From the NCBI GenBank assembly GCA_003598065.1, contig QZKR01000084.1, positions 1,365-65,364 of the forward strand: a stretch of 64,000 nt of DNA, read 5' to 3'. Under the pieces are notes generated by a model. That model searched no databases. It worked only from the letters and a program-made list of their open reading frames with translations, and was not told where the DNA came from. This document shows, piece after piece, positions 40,223 through 50,225 of this stretch. The position numbers and the translations under genes were made by a program. Within the stretch, counting starts at the first letter, position 1. Each line of letters starts with the position of its first letter. The DNA is from Myxococcales bacterium. Its GTDB lineage: Bacteria > Myxococcota_A > SURF-8.

Positions 40223-41446
40223 ATGGCGCGCATCATCCAGGACGACACCGTACTGTTTCTCAACTCGGAGGTGAAGCTCGAAGACCTGGATCTGACCGCA
40301 CAGGAGGGCTTCATTCTCTCCCGCATCACCCGCAAGACCGCCGTTCGCGAGGTCTACCAGCTCAGTCTGCTCGATCGCGCGGCCACCGCCTCCGTCTTGA
40401 AGAAACTTGTCGATCAGGGCGTGTTGGGGATCGACGAGCCGGAGAAAGAAGAGCCCGTCGCCGCGGCCGTGCCGCTGCCGAAACGCGACTACGGCGGTTT
40501 CATCTTCAACCTCCTGGAGTTGCAGGAAGAAATTGATCTGCCGCAAGATCTGAAAAAGGAGATTCTTTTCGTCCATACCCAGATGGACGAGTGGACGAAC
40601 TACGAATTGCTCGGTCTGACGCCCGATGCCGGCGAGGCCGCCGTGCGGACCGCATTTCTGCAGTTGTCGAAAATTTTCCATCCCGACGTCTATTTCAGGA
40701 AGCGGCTCGGTTCGTATCAGACGCGCATCAATCAGATTTACTCCCACCTGGCCGCCGCTCACGCCACGCTCACCGATCCGGTGGAATGCGTCCAGTACCG
40801 GCGGCGCTTGATCGACGAGGGGAAAATTCTGCCGGGACCGAACGACCTTCCCGAAGATCCCATGGAACGCGAACGGCGCTTGCAACGCCAGGCCAAGGAA
40901 CAGCGCATTCTGAACAACCCGATGCTCAAACGCGTGCAGAAGGGGCGAGAGTTCTTCGAAGCAGGGGAGGCCGACATCCAGAAACAGGCCTGGATCAGCG
41001 CCGCCAACAATTTCAAATTCGCGATCATGTACGACCCCCATAACGAGTTATATAAGCACAAGGCCGAGCAGGTGAAAGACCTCGCCGACCGGGCGGCGGC
41101 GGAGCGCGTCTACCAGCGCGGTCTGGTGCTGGAATCCTACGGCCAGGACGGGTATTTCGAGATGTTCATCAAAGCCGCCACCATGTATCCGAACGGCGCG
41201 GAATTCAACGTCAAAGTGGCGCGCTCGTACTGCGATCAAACCGACTATCGGGAAGCGCTGCCGTTCGCCAAGCGGGCGGTCGCCGTGGAGCCGAAGAACA
41301 ATGAGTATCGCTTGTTATTGGGGCAGATCCTGCTAAAATTGAAAGATAAGGCAGAAGCGGCCAAACAGTTCGAGGCGGTGATCAAAGCCGAACCGGAAAA
41401 CGAATTGGCGAAGAATCTTCTCAAAGAAGCGAAGAAGTGGTTCTAG
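40223..41446 (+). CDS. J-domain plus TPR protein
   Basis: NYELLGL..FHPD J-domain; C-terminal TPR-like helices. Confidence 0.85.
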   Translation: MARIIQDDTVLFLNSEVKLEDLDLTAQEGFILSRITRKTAVREVYQLSLLDRAATASVLKKLVDQGVLGIDEPEKEEPVAAAVPLPKRDYGGFIFNLLELQEEIDLPQDLKKEILFVHTQMDEWTNYELLGLTPDAGEAAVRTAFLQLSKIFHPDVYFRKRLGSYQTRINQIYSHLAAAHATLTDPVECVQYRRRLIDEGKILPGPNDLPEDPMERERRLQRQAKEQRILNNPMLKRVQKGREFFEAGEADIQKQAWISAANNFKFAIMYDPHNELYKHKAEQVKDLADRAAAERVYQRGLVLESYGQDGYFEMFIKAATMYPNGAEFNVKVARSYCDQTDYREALPFAKRAVAVEPKNNEYRLLLGQILLKLKDKAEAAKQFEAVIKAEPENELAKNLLKEAKKWF

Positions 41447-41488
41447 CGCTGGGCGTTTGAGCGAAACGACCGGAAAAGAGGCGGGGCG

Positions 41489-43309
41489 ATGGCTCGTGTG
41501 ATCGGGATAGATCTAGGCACCACCAACTCCTGCGCGGCCTACATCGAAGAAGGCGTGCCGTCGGTCATCCCCAACAAGGCCGGCTATAAAATCACGCCCT
41601 CCGTCGTGGCGATCACCGCCTCGGGCAAACGGCTGATCGGGCACGCCGCCAAGCGTCAGGCGATCACCAACCCCACCAATACCGTTTTCTCCGTCAAACG
41701 CCTTATCGGCCGGACCTTCGACTCGCAGATCGTCCAGGCGGCGCGCATTTCCAGTCCCTACGAGCTTGAGGAAGGCCCGAACGCCGACGTGCGCATCCGG
41801 ATGCACGGCAAGCTGTATTCGATCCCGGAAATCAGCGCCATGATCCTGGCGGAGATGAAAAAGGTCGCCGAAACGCACTTGGGCGAATCCGTGGAAAAAG
41901 CGGTCATCACCGTCCCCGCCTATTTCAAGGACCCGCAGCGGCAGGCCACGAAAGACGCGGGCATGATCGCCGGGCTCGACGTTCTGCGCATCCTCAACGA
42001 GCCCACGGCGGCCGCGCTGGCTTACGGCTACGGCAAGAGCATGCGCAAAAAAGTGGCCGTCTACGACCTCGGCGGCGGCACTTTCGACATCTCGATCATG
42101 GAAATCTCCGACGGCGTCTACGAAGTCATCACCTCCAACGGCGACACGTTTCTGGGCGGAGAAGATTTCGACAGCCGCATCATGGAATGGCTGCTGGACG
42201 AATTCTTCCAGGAGCACGGCGCCGATCTGCGCGAAGACAAGATGGCGATGCAGCGGCTCAAAGACGCCGCCGAGTCGGCCAAAATTTCGCTTTCCACGGT
42301 GACGGAAACGGAGATCAATCTGCCCTTTGTCGCCGCCGACGCCGCCGGGCAGCCGCTCCACCTGCAGAAACGGCTGACGCGCGAGGAACTGGAGGAGATG
42401 GTGGCCGACCTCGTCGAGCGCACCGTCGATATCTGCCAGAAGGCGGTGCGCGACGCTCAGCTTCGCGTCGATGACGTTGACAACGTGCTTTTGGTCGGCG
42501 GCCAGACGCGCATGCCGATGGTGCAGCGTTCCGTCGCCGAATTCTTCCAGACCAAACCCCTGAAAAATCTGAATCCCGACGAGGCGGTGGCCCTGGGCGC
42601 GGCGATTCAGGGCAACATGCTGCTCGAATCCAAGTCCGACAGTCTGCTTCTGGACCTCACGCCGCACGCGCTCGGCGTAGGCATCACCGGCGGCTATTTC
42701 AAGGAGATCATCTCCAAGGATTCGCCGATTCCGATCAGCAAAAGCCACGTCTTCACGACGGAGACGGATTTTCAGGAGGCGGTGCGGATCATCGTTTTGC
42801 AGGGCGAAGGGGCGAATTCCGAGTCCAACATTCTGCTCGGCGAATTCGTGCTCAACAACATCAAACGGTCGCCGCGAGGCGAAACCCGCATCAAGGTGTT
42901 CTTCGATCTCGACGGCGACGGCACGCTCAAGGTCTCGGCGCGCGACATGGACACCGGACAGCAGCAGTCGATCATGGTCAGCGCCTACAGCTACCTGACG
43001 GAGAAGGAAATCTCCGACATGGTGGAGGACAACCGCGAATACGTGCTGGAGCAGCAATACGAGGAGACGCTGGAGCGCGTGCGTTCGAGCGTGAGCGTTC
43101 TGATTTCGTCGATCGAGTCGGCCGTCCCGCGGTTGCGCGCCCAGCTCGGCGGCAGCGCGGAAAACGAGCGAGCCCTGCAGAAAATCCTCGATATCGTCGA
43201 GAGCGGCAAAGCCGCCATCGAAGCCAACGACATGGAGCGGCTCATGGAGGTGGAAGGCTACCTCAAGCGGACCCACTCCATCCTGCAGCAAAACGCCGCT
43301 TCATCGTAA
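41489..43309 (+). CDS. dnaK: Hsp70/DnaK family paralog
   Basis: GIDLGTTNS, TVPAYF, NEPTAAA, DLGGGTFD and VGGQTRMP; divergent C-terminus. Confidence 0.9.
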   Translation: MARVIGIDLGTTNSCAAYIEEGVPSVIPNKAGYKITPSVVAITASGKRLIGHAAKRQAITNPTNTVFSVKRLIGRTFDSQIVQAARISSPYELEEGPNADVRIRMHGKLYSIPEISAMILAEMKKVAETHLGESVEKAVITVPAYFKDPQRQATKDAGMIAGLDVLRILNEPTAAALAYGYGKSMRKKVAVYDLGGGTFDISIMEISDGVYEVITSNGDTFLGGEDFDSRIMEWLLDEFFQEHGADLREDKMAMQRLKDAAESAKISLSTVTETEINLPFVAADAAGQPLHLQKRLTREELEEMVADLVERTVDICQKAVRDAQLRVDDVDNVLLVGGQTRMPMVQRSVAEFFQTKPLKNLNPDEAVALGAAIQGNMLLESKSDSLLLDLTPHALGVGITGGYFKEIISKDSPIPISKSHVFTTETDFQEAVRIIVLQGEGANSESNILLGEFVLNNIKRSPRGETRIKVFFDLDGDGTLKVSARDMDTGQQQSIMVSAYSYLTEKEISDMVEDNREYVLEQQYEETLERVRSSVSVLISSIESAVPRLRAQLGGSAENERALQKILDIVESGKAAIEANDMERLMEVEGYLKRTHSILQQNAASS

Positions 43310-43363
43310 AACGAACGATCGAATCGAGACCGGCGGCGCCGCGACGAGCGGCCGAAGCGCGGT

Positions 43364-44248
43364 TCAGTCGTCGCCGTCGTCGTCCTGGGGAGGCGTTGCA
43401 TCACCGACCGGACCGGGGTGCGCGGCGCGGTAGAGGTCTCTCTTCAGCAGGTGCGACGGCGGAATCAGCCGCATCAATTCGGGCGGCGGCGGATCGTCGA
43501 GGTAGAAAATTTTCACGAGGTAGAGGCCGCCGGGCGCGGCCGTCTGGCCGGCGGCGCGCCGGTCCTTGGCGGCAAGAATCGCCGCCAGATCCTCCGGTTC
43601 GCGTCTGCCCGCGCCGACCTCGATCAGCGTCCCGGCGATGTTGCGCACCATGTGTTTCAGATAGGCCGTGGCGAAAATTTCCAGCACGATCACGTCGGGG
43701 TGGAAATTCGCCCGCGCCAGATCGAGCTTGTAAATATAGCGCACGGCGTGTTTCGCCGCGCAGCCCGCCGCCTGAAACGACGTGAAGTCGTGCTCGCCCT
43801 GCAGATGCCGGGCGGCCTGCCGCATCCGCTCCAGGTCGAGCGCTTCGCGCACGTGGCCGGCGCGATGCCGCAAAAGCCCCGAGCGGATGTCGCGGTTGAG
43901 GATGTGGTACTGGTAGATTTTGCCCCGCGCGTGACGTCGGGCGTCGAAATCCATCTCCACGTCTTCCGACTTGAGCACGCAGACGTCGCGCGGCAGTTGC
44001 GTATTGAGCGCCTTGGCGATTTGCGGCCCCGGGATGCGGCATTCGGTGATGAACGTCGCCACCTGGCCGAAGGCGTGCACGCCGGCGTCCGTGCGGCCCG
44101 CGCCGTGAACGCGGCTGAACCCGCCCGTCACGCGGCGCACGGCCTCCTCCAGCAGCGCCTGGATCGTCACCCGTTCCGGCGTTTGCATCTGCCAGCCATA
44201 GTAGGCCGTGCCTTCGTATTCGATGAGCAGGCGGATCTTGCGCGCCAT
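43364..44248 (-). CDS. truA: tRNA pseudouridine(38-40) synthase
   Basis: EYEGTAYYGWQ, GRTDAGVHA, GEHDFTSF and HMVRNIAG. Confidence 0.95.
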   Translation of the reverse strand: MARKIRLLIEYEGTAYYGWQMQTPERVTIQALLEEAVRRVTGGFSRVHGAGRTDAGVHAFGQVATFITECRIPGPQIAKALNTQLPRDVCVLKSEDVEMDFDARRHARGKIYQYHILNRDIRSGLLRHRAGHVREALDLERMRQAARHLQGEHDFTSFQAAGCAAKHAVRYIYKLDLARANFHPDVIVLEIFATAYLKHMVRNIAGTLIEVGAGRREPEDLAAILAAKDRRAAGQTAAPGGLYLVKIFYLDDPPPPELMRLIPPSHLLKRDLYRAAHPGPVGDATPPQDDDGDD

Positions 44249-44270
44249 CGCCGCCGCCTCGGTGTCCCGA

Positions 44271-45035
44271 TCAGAATTCGAACAGCAGTCCGGCCAGGAA
44301 GGAATGGTCGGAGAGGTCGAACGACGATCCGGACCAGAAGTCGTTGACCTTGGCGAAGGTTCCCTCGGCGTAGATGTAGGTGTTGTTCACGCCGAAATCC
44401 TGGTCGAATTCGTTGGCCAGCTTGCGGTCGATGAAATCGAGGCAGATCTGCAGGCCGTAGCTGACGTGGAAGCCGAAGGTGCCGCCGAAGCCTTGCGACG
44501 CGCCGCCGTCCGCGTTTTCATAGGACGCCACGTCGCCGTTCTGGTTGAGGATCCACCAGATGTAATAATCGAGCCCCAGCTTCGCGTAGGGCACCAGCGG
44601 CACGCCGTACTTTTCCCAGGTGTCCACGTAGCGATAGACGGCGGAAAGCTTGAGCGGGATGAGATTGAAGACGGTCGTATCGGCCGACTGACCTCCCGTG
44701 ACGTAGAGCCCCTTGCCGTAGGTCTGCCAATAGCCCAAGGCGGCTTCCAGGCCGACGGTGCCGTAGCCCTGGTAGAGGAAACGTTCCATCCCGAGCTGGA
44801 ACATGAAACGGACTTTGTCGCCGAAAACGTCGCTCGCCGGCGACTCGCCGCCGGAGAATTCGCTGTCGATGTAGCGGAGCTTGTAGAAACCGAAAGCGAG
44901 ATGAGCCGTCCAGGCTTTGGGCGACGCCGTGGGACCCCCGCCGGACGCGACAACCGTCTCGTCCTGCTGGGCCATGGCCGGCGACGCGGCGAACAGGAAA
45001 AGCGCCGCAAAAAGCGCGATCGACAAACGCTTCAT
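44271..45035 (-). CDS. MXAN_2562-like outer-membrane beta-barrel
   Basis: Signal peptide; PLVPYAKLGLDY, DFIDRKLANEFDQDFGVNNTY; terminal LLFEF. Confidence 0.75.
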   Translation of the reverse strand: MKRLSIALFAALFLFAASPAMAQQDETVVASGGGPTASPKAWTAHLAFGFYKLRYIDSEFSGGESPASDVFGDKVRFMFQLGMERFLYQGYGTVGLEAALGYWQTYGKGLYVTGGQSADTTVFNLIPLKLSAVYRYVDTWEKYGVPLVPYAKLGLDYYIWWILNQNGDVASYENADGGASQGFGGTFGFHVSYGLQICLDFIDRKLANEFDQDFGVNNTYIYAEGTFAKVNDFWSGSSFDLSDHSFLAGLLFEF

Positions 45036-46669
45036 GGCCGCGCCTCCTTTCGCCGAAGAATCAGCCCGACGCCGGCGAGCGTGACGAACGCGCCGGAGAG
45101 CAACAGCATCCGCGTCGCCCAGTTCCACTCGTACGCCACGCGTAGCGCCAGGACGGCGGGAGCGAGCGCCTGCCGGACGCTCCAGGCCAGAACGGGGCTT
45201 TGCGCAATGCGCTTCGCCAGCGCCGGCGAATGGAGATAGTAGAAGGCGATGAAACGCCGACCAAGGGGAGACCCGGCCAGCACGTCGTCGCGGAAGCGCC
45301 GCAGCAATTGGACGTCTTTCGCGTCATACGCGCCATAAGCGGCGGTGGCGATGAAGCAGAAACCGCCGTCCTCCTTGCCGCCGTTGCGCTTGTAGAATTC
45401 CCAGAAATCGTCCACTTGGCGCGGCGTGCCGTAGATCGGCTCGGACCACTTGAGGCTTTTGTTGCCGGCGGCGTCGATGGCCTTGGCGCGGATCTCGTAA
45501 CGAACGTCGTTTTCCAGATCGGTGATTCGGTAGGACTCGCCCGAGGCGCCATTGGCGGCGTAAATTGTGCAGCCGGGAAGCTCCTCGGAGGTCGGCCCGT
45601 CCCCTTCCTCGGCGTCGCCGTCTACGGTTTCATCGCCATCGGAAATATCGCCGTCCGCCGCATCGCCGTCCGCCGTTTCTTCTTCGTCCTCGGACAGTTC
45701 CGGTTCCGCGTCGCCGTCTTCGATCGGCGCATCGCCATCGGTAGCGGTGTCCTCTTCGCCCTCGGTCGCGACGTCATCGTCGCCGTCGGCCGCGGCCTCC
45801 TCGTCTCCGTCAACGGCGACGTCTTCCTCGCCGTCGCTCGCCTCTTCCTCGGTCTCTTCATCCTCATCGCCGGCCTGCAACGGCAGCGCTTCATAGAGGG
45901 CCACGTCGTCGCCGGCCGCCAGCGCCGCTTCGGCGCTTTCACTCCTATCCAGATCTACGTCGCCGTCTACGTCGCCGTCGCTATCGGCGCCATCGGTGCG
46001 GCGGACGCAGAAGGTTGCGAAAACTTCGGTCTCGGGATTGTTGCTCTCCGACGTCGTCACCGGCGTCCAGGAAACGGTGAGCGCGTTCTCGCCGGGAATC
46101 GGATTGTCATCCAGGACCATCTTAGCCGGCGGATCCTCGTCCACGTTGATGGTTACGGACTGGGTCGGATCGTTGTTGACGACGCGCTCGTCGTCGTCGC
46201 TGTCGCCGTCGATGAAGCTTTCGTCGTCAGTATCGCCGTCGGTGTTGTTGTTATTGTTTCCCTCGGTGTAGTTCACCTTCACCGTAACCGAGTAAGAATA
46301 ATACGGGCCGTCGCCGATCGTGCCGCGGCCGGTCGTTCCGCCTCCCGTTTCCTTGGCTTTCAGATCTTTCGTGGTGAAGGAGACGGTGGCCGTTTTGCCG
46401 GAAAACTCGCCCTGATCGTAGAGGACGCCGGACAACTCCTGGCCGATCCAGAGCTGCCAGTTGTCAACGGTCGTGTTCGAAGAGGCGTCGTAACGGAAGC
46501 TCAATTTGATGACGGAGTCTTCCCGGACATAGATCGACTCCAGGTCAACTTCGTCGCCCTCGACTTCGACTTGGTAAACGTCGATGTTCGCCTCCGCAAA
46601 GGCGGAAAGAGGCGTCAGGACGAGGACCGTAACGAGGCCAATAAAACACAACACCGGCGATCGAAGCAT
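45032..46669 (-). CDS. FN3-like surface protein with CFI-box-CTERM (MXAN_2561-like)
   Basis: Signal peptide, FN3-like strands split by an acidic DGD tract, VDDFWEFYKRNGG, CFIATAAYG..LRRFRD, C-terminal TM plus basic tail. Confidence 0.8.
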   Translation of the reverse strand: MLRSPVLCFIGLVTVLVLTPLSAFAEANIDVYQVEVEGDEVDLESIYVREDSVIKLSFRYDASSNTTVDNWQLWIGQELSGVLYDQGEFSGKTATVSFTTKDLKAKETGGGTTGRGTIGDGPYYSYSVTVKVNYTEGNNNNNTDGDTDDESFIDGDSDDDERVVNNDPTQSVTINVDEDPPAKMVLDDNPIPGENALTVSWTPVTTSESNNPETEVFATFCVRRTDGADSDGDVDGDVDLDRSESAEAALAAGDDVALYEALPLQAGDEDEETEEEASDGEEDVAVDGDEEAAADGDDDVATEGEEDTATDGDAPIEDGDAEPELSEDEEETADGDAADGDISDGDETVDGDAEEGDGPTSEELPGCTIYAANGASGESYRITDLENDVRYEIRAKAIDAAGNKSLKWSEPIYGTPRQVDDFWEFYKRNGGKEDGGFCFIATAAYGAYDAKDVQLLRRFRDDVLAGSPLGRRFIAFYYLHSPALAKRIAQSPVLAWSVRQALAPAVLALRVAYEWNWATRMLLLSGAFVTLAGVGLILRRKEARP

Positions 46670-46921
46670 GCCGGACCTCCTTCACGTAGAGCGCTCCGGA
46701 GGCTTAAGCTAGCAAGAGGGATGCCAAACTGCAATCAAAAACACAGCTTTTCCAATTATATGGAATCGCTGTGAAAATTCTGTTTGAAGTGGGGGTTGGG
46801 AAATGTGCTTGGGATACCAGGGGGCGGTCATCCCTGGGAAGAAGGGACAACTTGTCAATTTTCTCAGAAGGAGCCGATTTTTTTGACAATTTGTCAGTCG
46901 CGCGCAACCCCGCCGTCATTT

Positions 46922-47317
46922 TCAGACGAAGAGGAGTTTTTTGATCTCGCCCAGACGATTGGTGATGACTTCCAGACGGTTGGAGTCGATCTCGGGAACG
47001 GCGGCTAACGCACCCAGGCCGCGACTCAGCTTGCCCAGCACCGAACCGAGATTCTCGATTTGCGTGGCGGCGTCCTGGGGCGTCGGGGCCTTGATCGCCA
47101 TGGATATTTTTGCAGTCAATTCGAGAAGATGACGCCGGGTATCGACCACCGTTCGGGTAGGTACGGCCGTGCGGGCGCGGCCGAGAAGATTGTTGACATC
47201 GATCGTTGTTTCGGCAACCAGGTTCCAGGCGCGAATCAAGCTGCCTCGGCCATGCTGAACAGTCTTGGGCGTCATACCGACAAACTCCGCCGGAATCGGT
47301 TGATTAAGTTCAGGCAT
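46922..47317 (-). CDS. Hypothetical helical protein
   Basis: Fills the gap between two same-strand genes; amphipathic helical pattern; ATG 47317. Confidence 0.55.
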   Translation of the reverse strand: MPELNQPIPAEFVGMTPKTVQHGRGSLIRAWNLVAETTIDVNNLLGRARTAVPTRTVVDTRRHLLELTAKISMAIKAPTPQDAATQIENLGSVLGKLSRGLGALAAVPEIDSNRLEVITNRLGEIKKLLFV

Positions 47318-47384
47318 AATGTACCCCGCCAATAGTTATTTGCCAACCCTCAACCTCCCTGTATCGGCAAATTTTCGTTTAACT

Positions 47385-48752
47385 TCACTTGTCCTTCTCT
47401 GTTTTTTGAACCTTTTTCTCCCGTTTCTCCACCCCGGCGCGGGCCTGGGCGCGCCAGGCGTCGAGCCTCTCCTTGATGCGTTTTTCTTCGCCTTGCCCGG
47501 CTGGCTCATAATAGCGCCGGTTGACCAGTTCATCGGGGAGGTAGACCTCGGGCGTGTAATGCCCATCGAAATTGTGCGGGTATTTGTACTGCCGTCCGTA
47601 GCCGAGGTCTTTCATCAGCCGCGTCGGGGCGTTGCGGATGTGCAGCGGCACGGGCAGGGGGCCGTGCTGCTTCACGTCGCCCAGGGCGCGCTGATAGGCC
47701 GAGAGCGCCGCATTCGACTTCGGCGCGCAGGCGAGGTAAGTGGCCGCCTGGCTCATTGGCAGGACGCCTTCCGGCAGGCCGATGAAACGGAACGAGTCGG
47801 TGGCCGCGATGGCCACCTGCAAGGCCGTCGGATCGGCGCTGCCGATGTCTTCCGAGGCGAAAATCACCATCCGCCGCAGAATAAACAGCGGGTCCTCGCC
47901 GGCCTCCAGCATCCGCGCCATCCAGTACACGGCCGCGTCGGGGTCGGAGCCGCGCAGGCTTTTAATGAACGCCGAGATGACGTTGTAGTGTTCCTCGCCG
48001 GCCTTGTCGTAGAGGAGCGCTTTTTTCTGCTGCGCTTCCTCGACCAGCGCCAGGGTGATCGTCGTCGCGCCCTGCTCCTGGACGAGTTCGACGGCCGACT
48101 CCAGGGTCGTCAGCGCGCGCCGCGCGTCGCCGTAGGCTCCCTCGGCGAGAAACCGCCGCGCCTCGGCGTCGAGCGCCAGCCCGCGCCCGCCCAGGCCGCG
48201 CTGCTCGTCGCGCAGGGCGCGATCGAGAATGACGCCGATTTGCTCCGGCGTCAGCGCGTTGAGCACCAGCACCTTGCAGCGCGAGAGCAAGGCCGCATTG
48301 ACCTCGAAACTGGGGTTTTCGGTCGTCGCGCCGATCAGCGTCACCACGCCGCGCTCGACCCAGGGCAGAAAGGCGTCCTGCTGCGCCTTGTTGAAGCGGT
48401 GGATCTCGTCCACGAAGAGAATGGTCCGCTTGCCGAAGAACTTGCGCCGCTCCTTGGCCTTGTCGATGATTTCGCGAATTTCCTTCACCGAGCCCAAGAC
48501 GGCGGAGTAGAAAACGAAATCCGACTTGGTGCTGTTGGCGATGACTTCGGCGAGCGTCGTTTTGCCCGAGCCGGGCGGCCCCCAGAGAATCAGCGAGGGG
48601 ATCTGATCGCGCGAGATCATCGTGCGCAGAAACTTGCCCTCGCCGATGATGTGCTCCTGGCCGACGAACTCCTCCAGGACATGCGGGCGCAAACGCGCCG
48701 CCAGCGGCTGCGCGCCTTCTCCCTCCTTCTCCTGGCGGTCGAAGAGGTCCAC
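47385..48752 (-). CDS. rarA: Replication-associated recombination protein A (MgsA)
   Basis: PLAARLRP, GPPGSGKT, DEIHRFNKAQQD and SAFIKSLRGSDPDA; GTG start. Confidence 0.95.
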   Translation of the reverse strand: MDLFDRQEKEGEGAQPLAARLRPHVLEEFVGQEHIIGEGKFLRTMISRDQIPSLILWGPPGSGKTTLAEVIANSTKSDFVFYSAVLGSVKEIREIIDKAKERRKFFGKRTILFVDEIHRFNKAQQDAFLPWVERGVVTLIGATTENPSFEVNAALLSRCKVLVLNALTPEQIGVILDRALRDEQRGLGGRGLALDAEARRFLAEGAYGDARRALTTLESAVELVQEQGATTITLALVEEAQQKKALLYDKAGEEHYNVISAFIKSLRGSDPDAAVYWMARMLEAGEDPLFILRRMVIFASEDIGSADPTALQVAIAATDSFRFIGLPEGVLPMSQAATYLACAPKSNAALSAYQRALGDVKQHGPLPVPLHIRNAPTRLMKDLGYGRQYKYPHNFDGHYTPEVYLPDELVNRRYYEPAGQGEEKRIKERLDAWRAQARAGVEKREKKVQKTEKDK

Positions 48753-48759
48753 GGCCGGC

Positions 48760-50136
48760 TCAGAATGCTCCGAGTTCGCCGAGCTTGCCGTAGAAGTGGG
48801 CGAAGGTCCGCACGCCGGCGCGCCAGTTGTCGAGGTCCAGGTACTCGTTGGGCGCATGGGCGTTTTCGTCCGGCAGGCCCAAGCCCAGCAGCAGGCAGGA
48901 CACGCCGAAGCGGCGCGTCATGTCGTTGACGATCGGGATCGAACCGCCCTCGCGGGTGTAGGCCGCCTTGGCGTTGAACCCTTCCTCCAGCGCCTCCACG
49001 GCCGCCTTGAACGCCGGATGGCTGGGGTCCGCCACGTAGGCCACCGAGCCCTGGAAATAGAGAACTTCCAGGTCCACGCCCTGCGGCGTGATCCGGCGGA
49101 CGTAAGCTTCAAACGCCTGGCGGATTTTCTCGGGGTCCTGATCGGGCACGAGCCGCATCGATACTTTGATCATCGCCTCGGCGGGAATGACCGTCTTCGC
49201 GCCCTCGCCGGTGTAACCGGAAAGAAGGCCGTTGACGTCCAGCGTCGGGCGCACCCACATCCGCTCCAGCGTCGAGTAGCCTTCCTCGCCGACCAGCGCC
49301 TTCAGACCGATCTCGTCCATGAACGCCTGCTCGTCGAAAGGCAGCGAGTCGAACGACGCCTTTTCGGCGGCGGTGATCGGGCGCACGTCGTCGTAGAAGC
49401 CGGGAACCTGAATTTTGCCTTTCTCGTCCTTGAGTTTGGCGATGATCTGGCCGGCGGCGACGCCGGCGTTCGGCGCCGCGCCGCCGAAAGAGCCGGAATG
49501 CAGGTCGGTCTTGCAGCTGCGCAGATTCAACTGGAAGTAGCTGATGCCGCGCAAGCCGAGGGTGATGGTGGGGATGCCCTTCTTGTACATCCCGCTGTCG
49601 GAGATCACCAGCAGGTTGTTGGCGAGCCGCTCTTGGTGCCGCTCCAGAAACGCCGGCAGGCTCGGCGAGCCGATTTCCTCCTCCCCTTCGAGGATCAGCT
49701 TGATGTTGAGCGGCAGTTCGCCCGCCGTTTTCAAATGCGCTTCGATCGCCTTCAAATGGGCGAAAAACTGGCCCTTGTCGTCCACCGCGCCGCGCGCGAA
49801 AAGCTTGCAGCCTTTCACCGTCGGCTCGAACGGCGGGGAATTCCAGAGTTTTACCGGATCCTCCGGCTGCACGTCGTAATGGCCGTAAATCAGAATCGTC
49901 GGCTTGCCCGGCTTGCCGAGCCATTCGGCGAGCACCACCGGATGGCCCTGCGTGTCGATCACCTCGGCTTTCAAGCCGATGGTCCGGCAGTGGGCCGCCG
50001 TCCACTCGGCGCAACGGCGCGTTTCAGCCTGGCGCGTTTTCTGCGAACTCACCGACGGGATGCGCAAGAGCTCGAACATTTCCTGAAAATGCCGCGCTTC
50101 GTTGGCGGCGATGTAGGCGTCGATTTTATTGGCCAT
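48760..50136 (-). CDS. M20 family dipeptidase
   Basis: YGHYDVQP, RGAVDDKGQ, EGEEEIGS and HAPNE. Confidence 0.92.
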   Translation of the reverse strand: MANKIDAYIAANEARHFQEMFELLRIPSVSSQKTRQAETRRCAEWTAAHCRTIGLKAEVIDTQGHPVVLAEWLGKPGKPTILIYGHYDVQPEDPVKLWNSPPFEPTVKGCKLFARGAVDDKGQFFAHLKAIEAHLKTAGELPLNIKLILEGEEEIGSPSLPAFLERHQERLANNLLVISDSGMYKKGIPTITLGLRGISYFQLNLRSCKTDLHSGSFGGAAPNAGVAAGQIIAKLKDEKGKIQVPGFYDDVRPITAAEKASFDSLPFDEQAFMDEIGLKALVGEEGYSTLERMWVRPTLDVNGLLSGYTGEGAKTVIPAEAMIKVSMRLVPDQDPEKIRQAFEAYVRRITPQGVDLEVLYFQGSVAYVADPSHPAFKAAVEALEEGFNAKAAYTREGGSIPIVNDMTRRFGVSCLLLGLGLPDENAHAPNEYLDLDNWRAGVRTFAHFYGKLGELGAF

Positions 50137-50225
50137 GAACTCCTCCCTTCATGCGGGTTGCCGGCGCAAAGCAAGATTTTTGTAGCCCATTCGCGGCGGC
50201 GTGTAAAGGCGGAAAGCGGGGGCGC

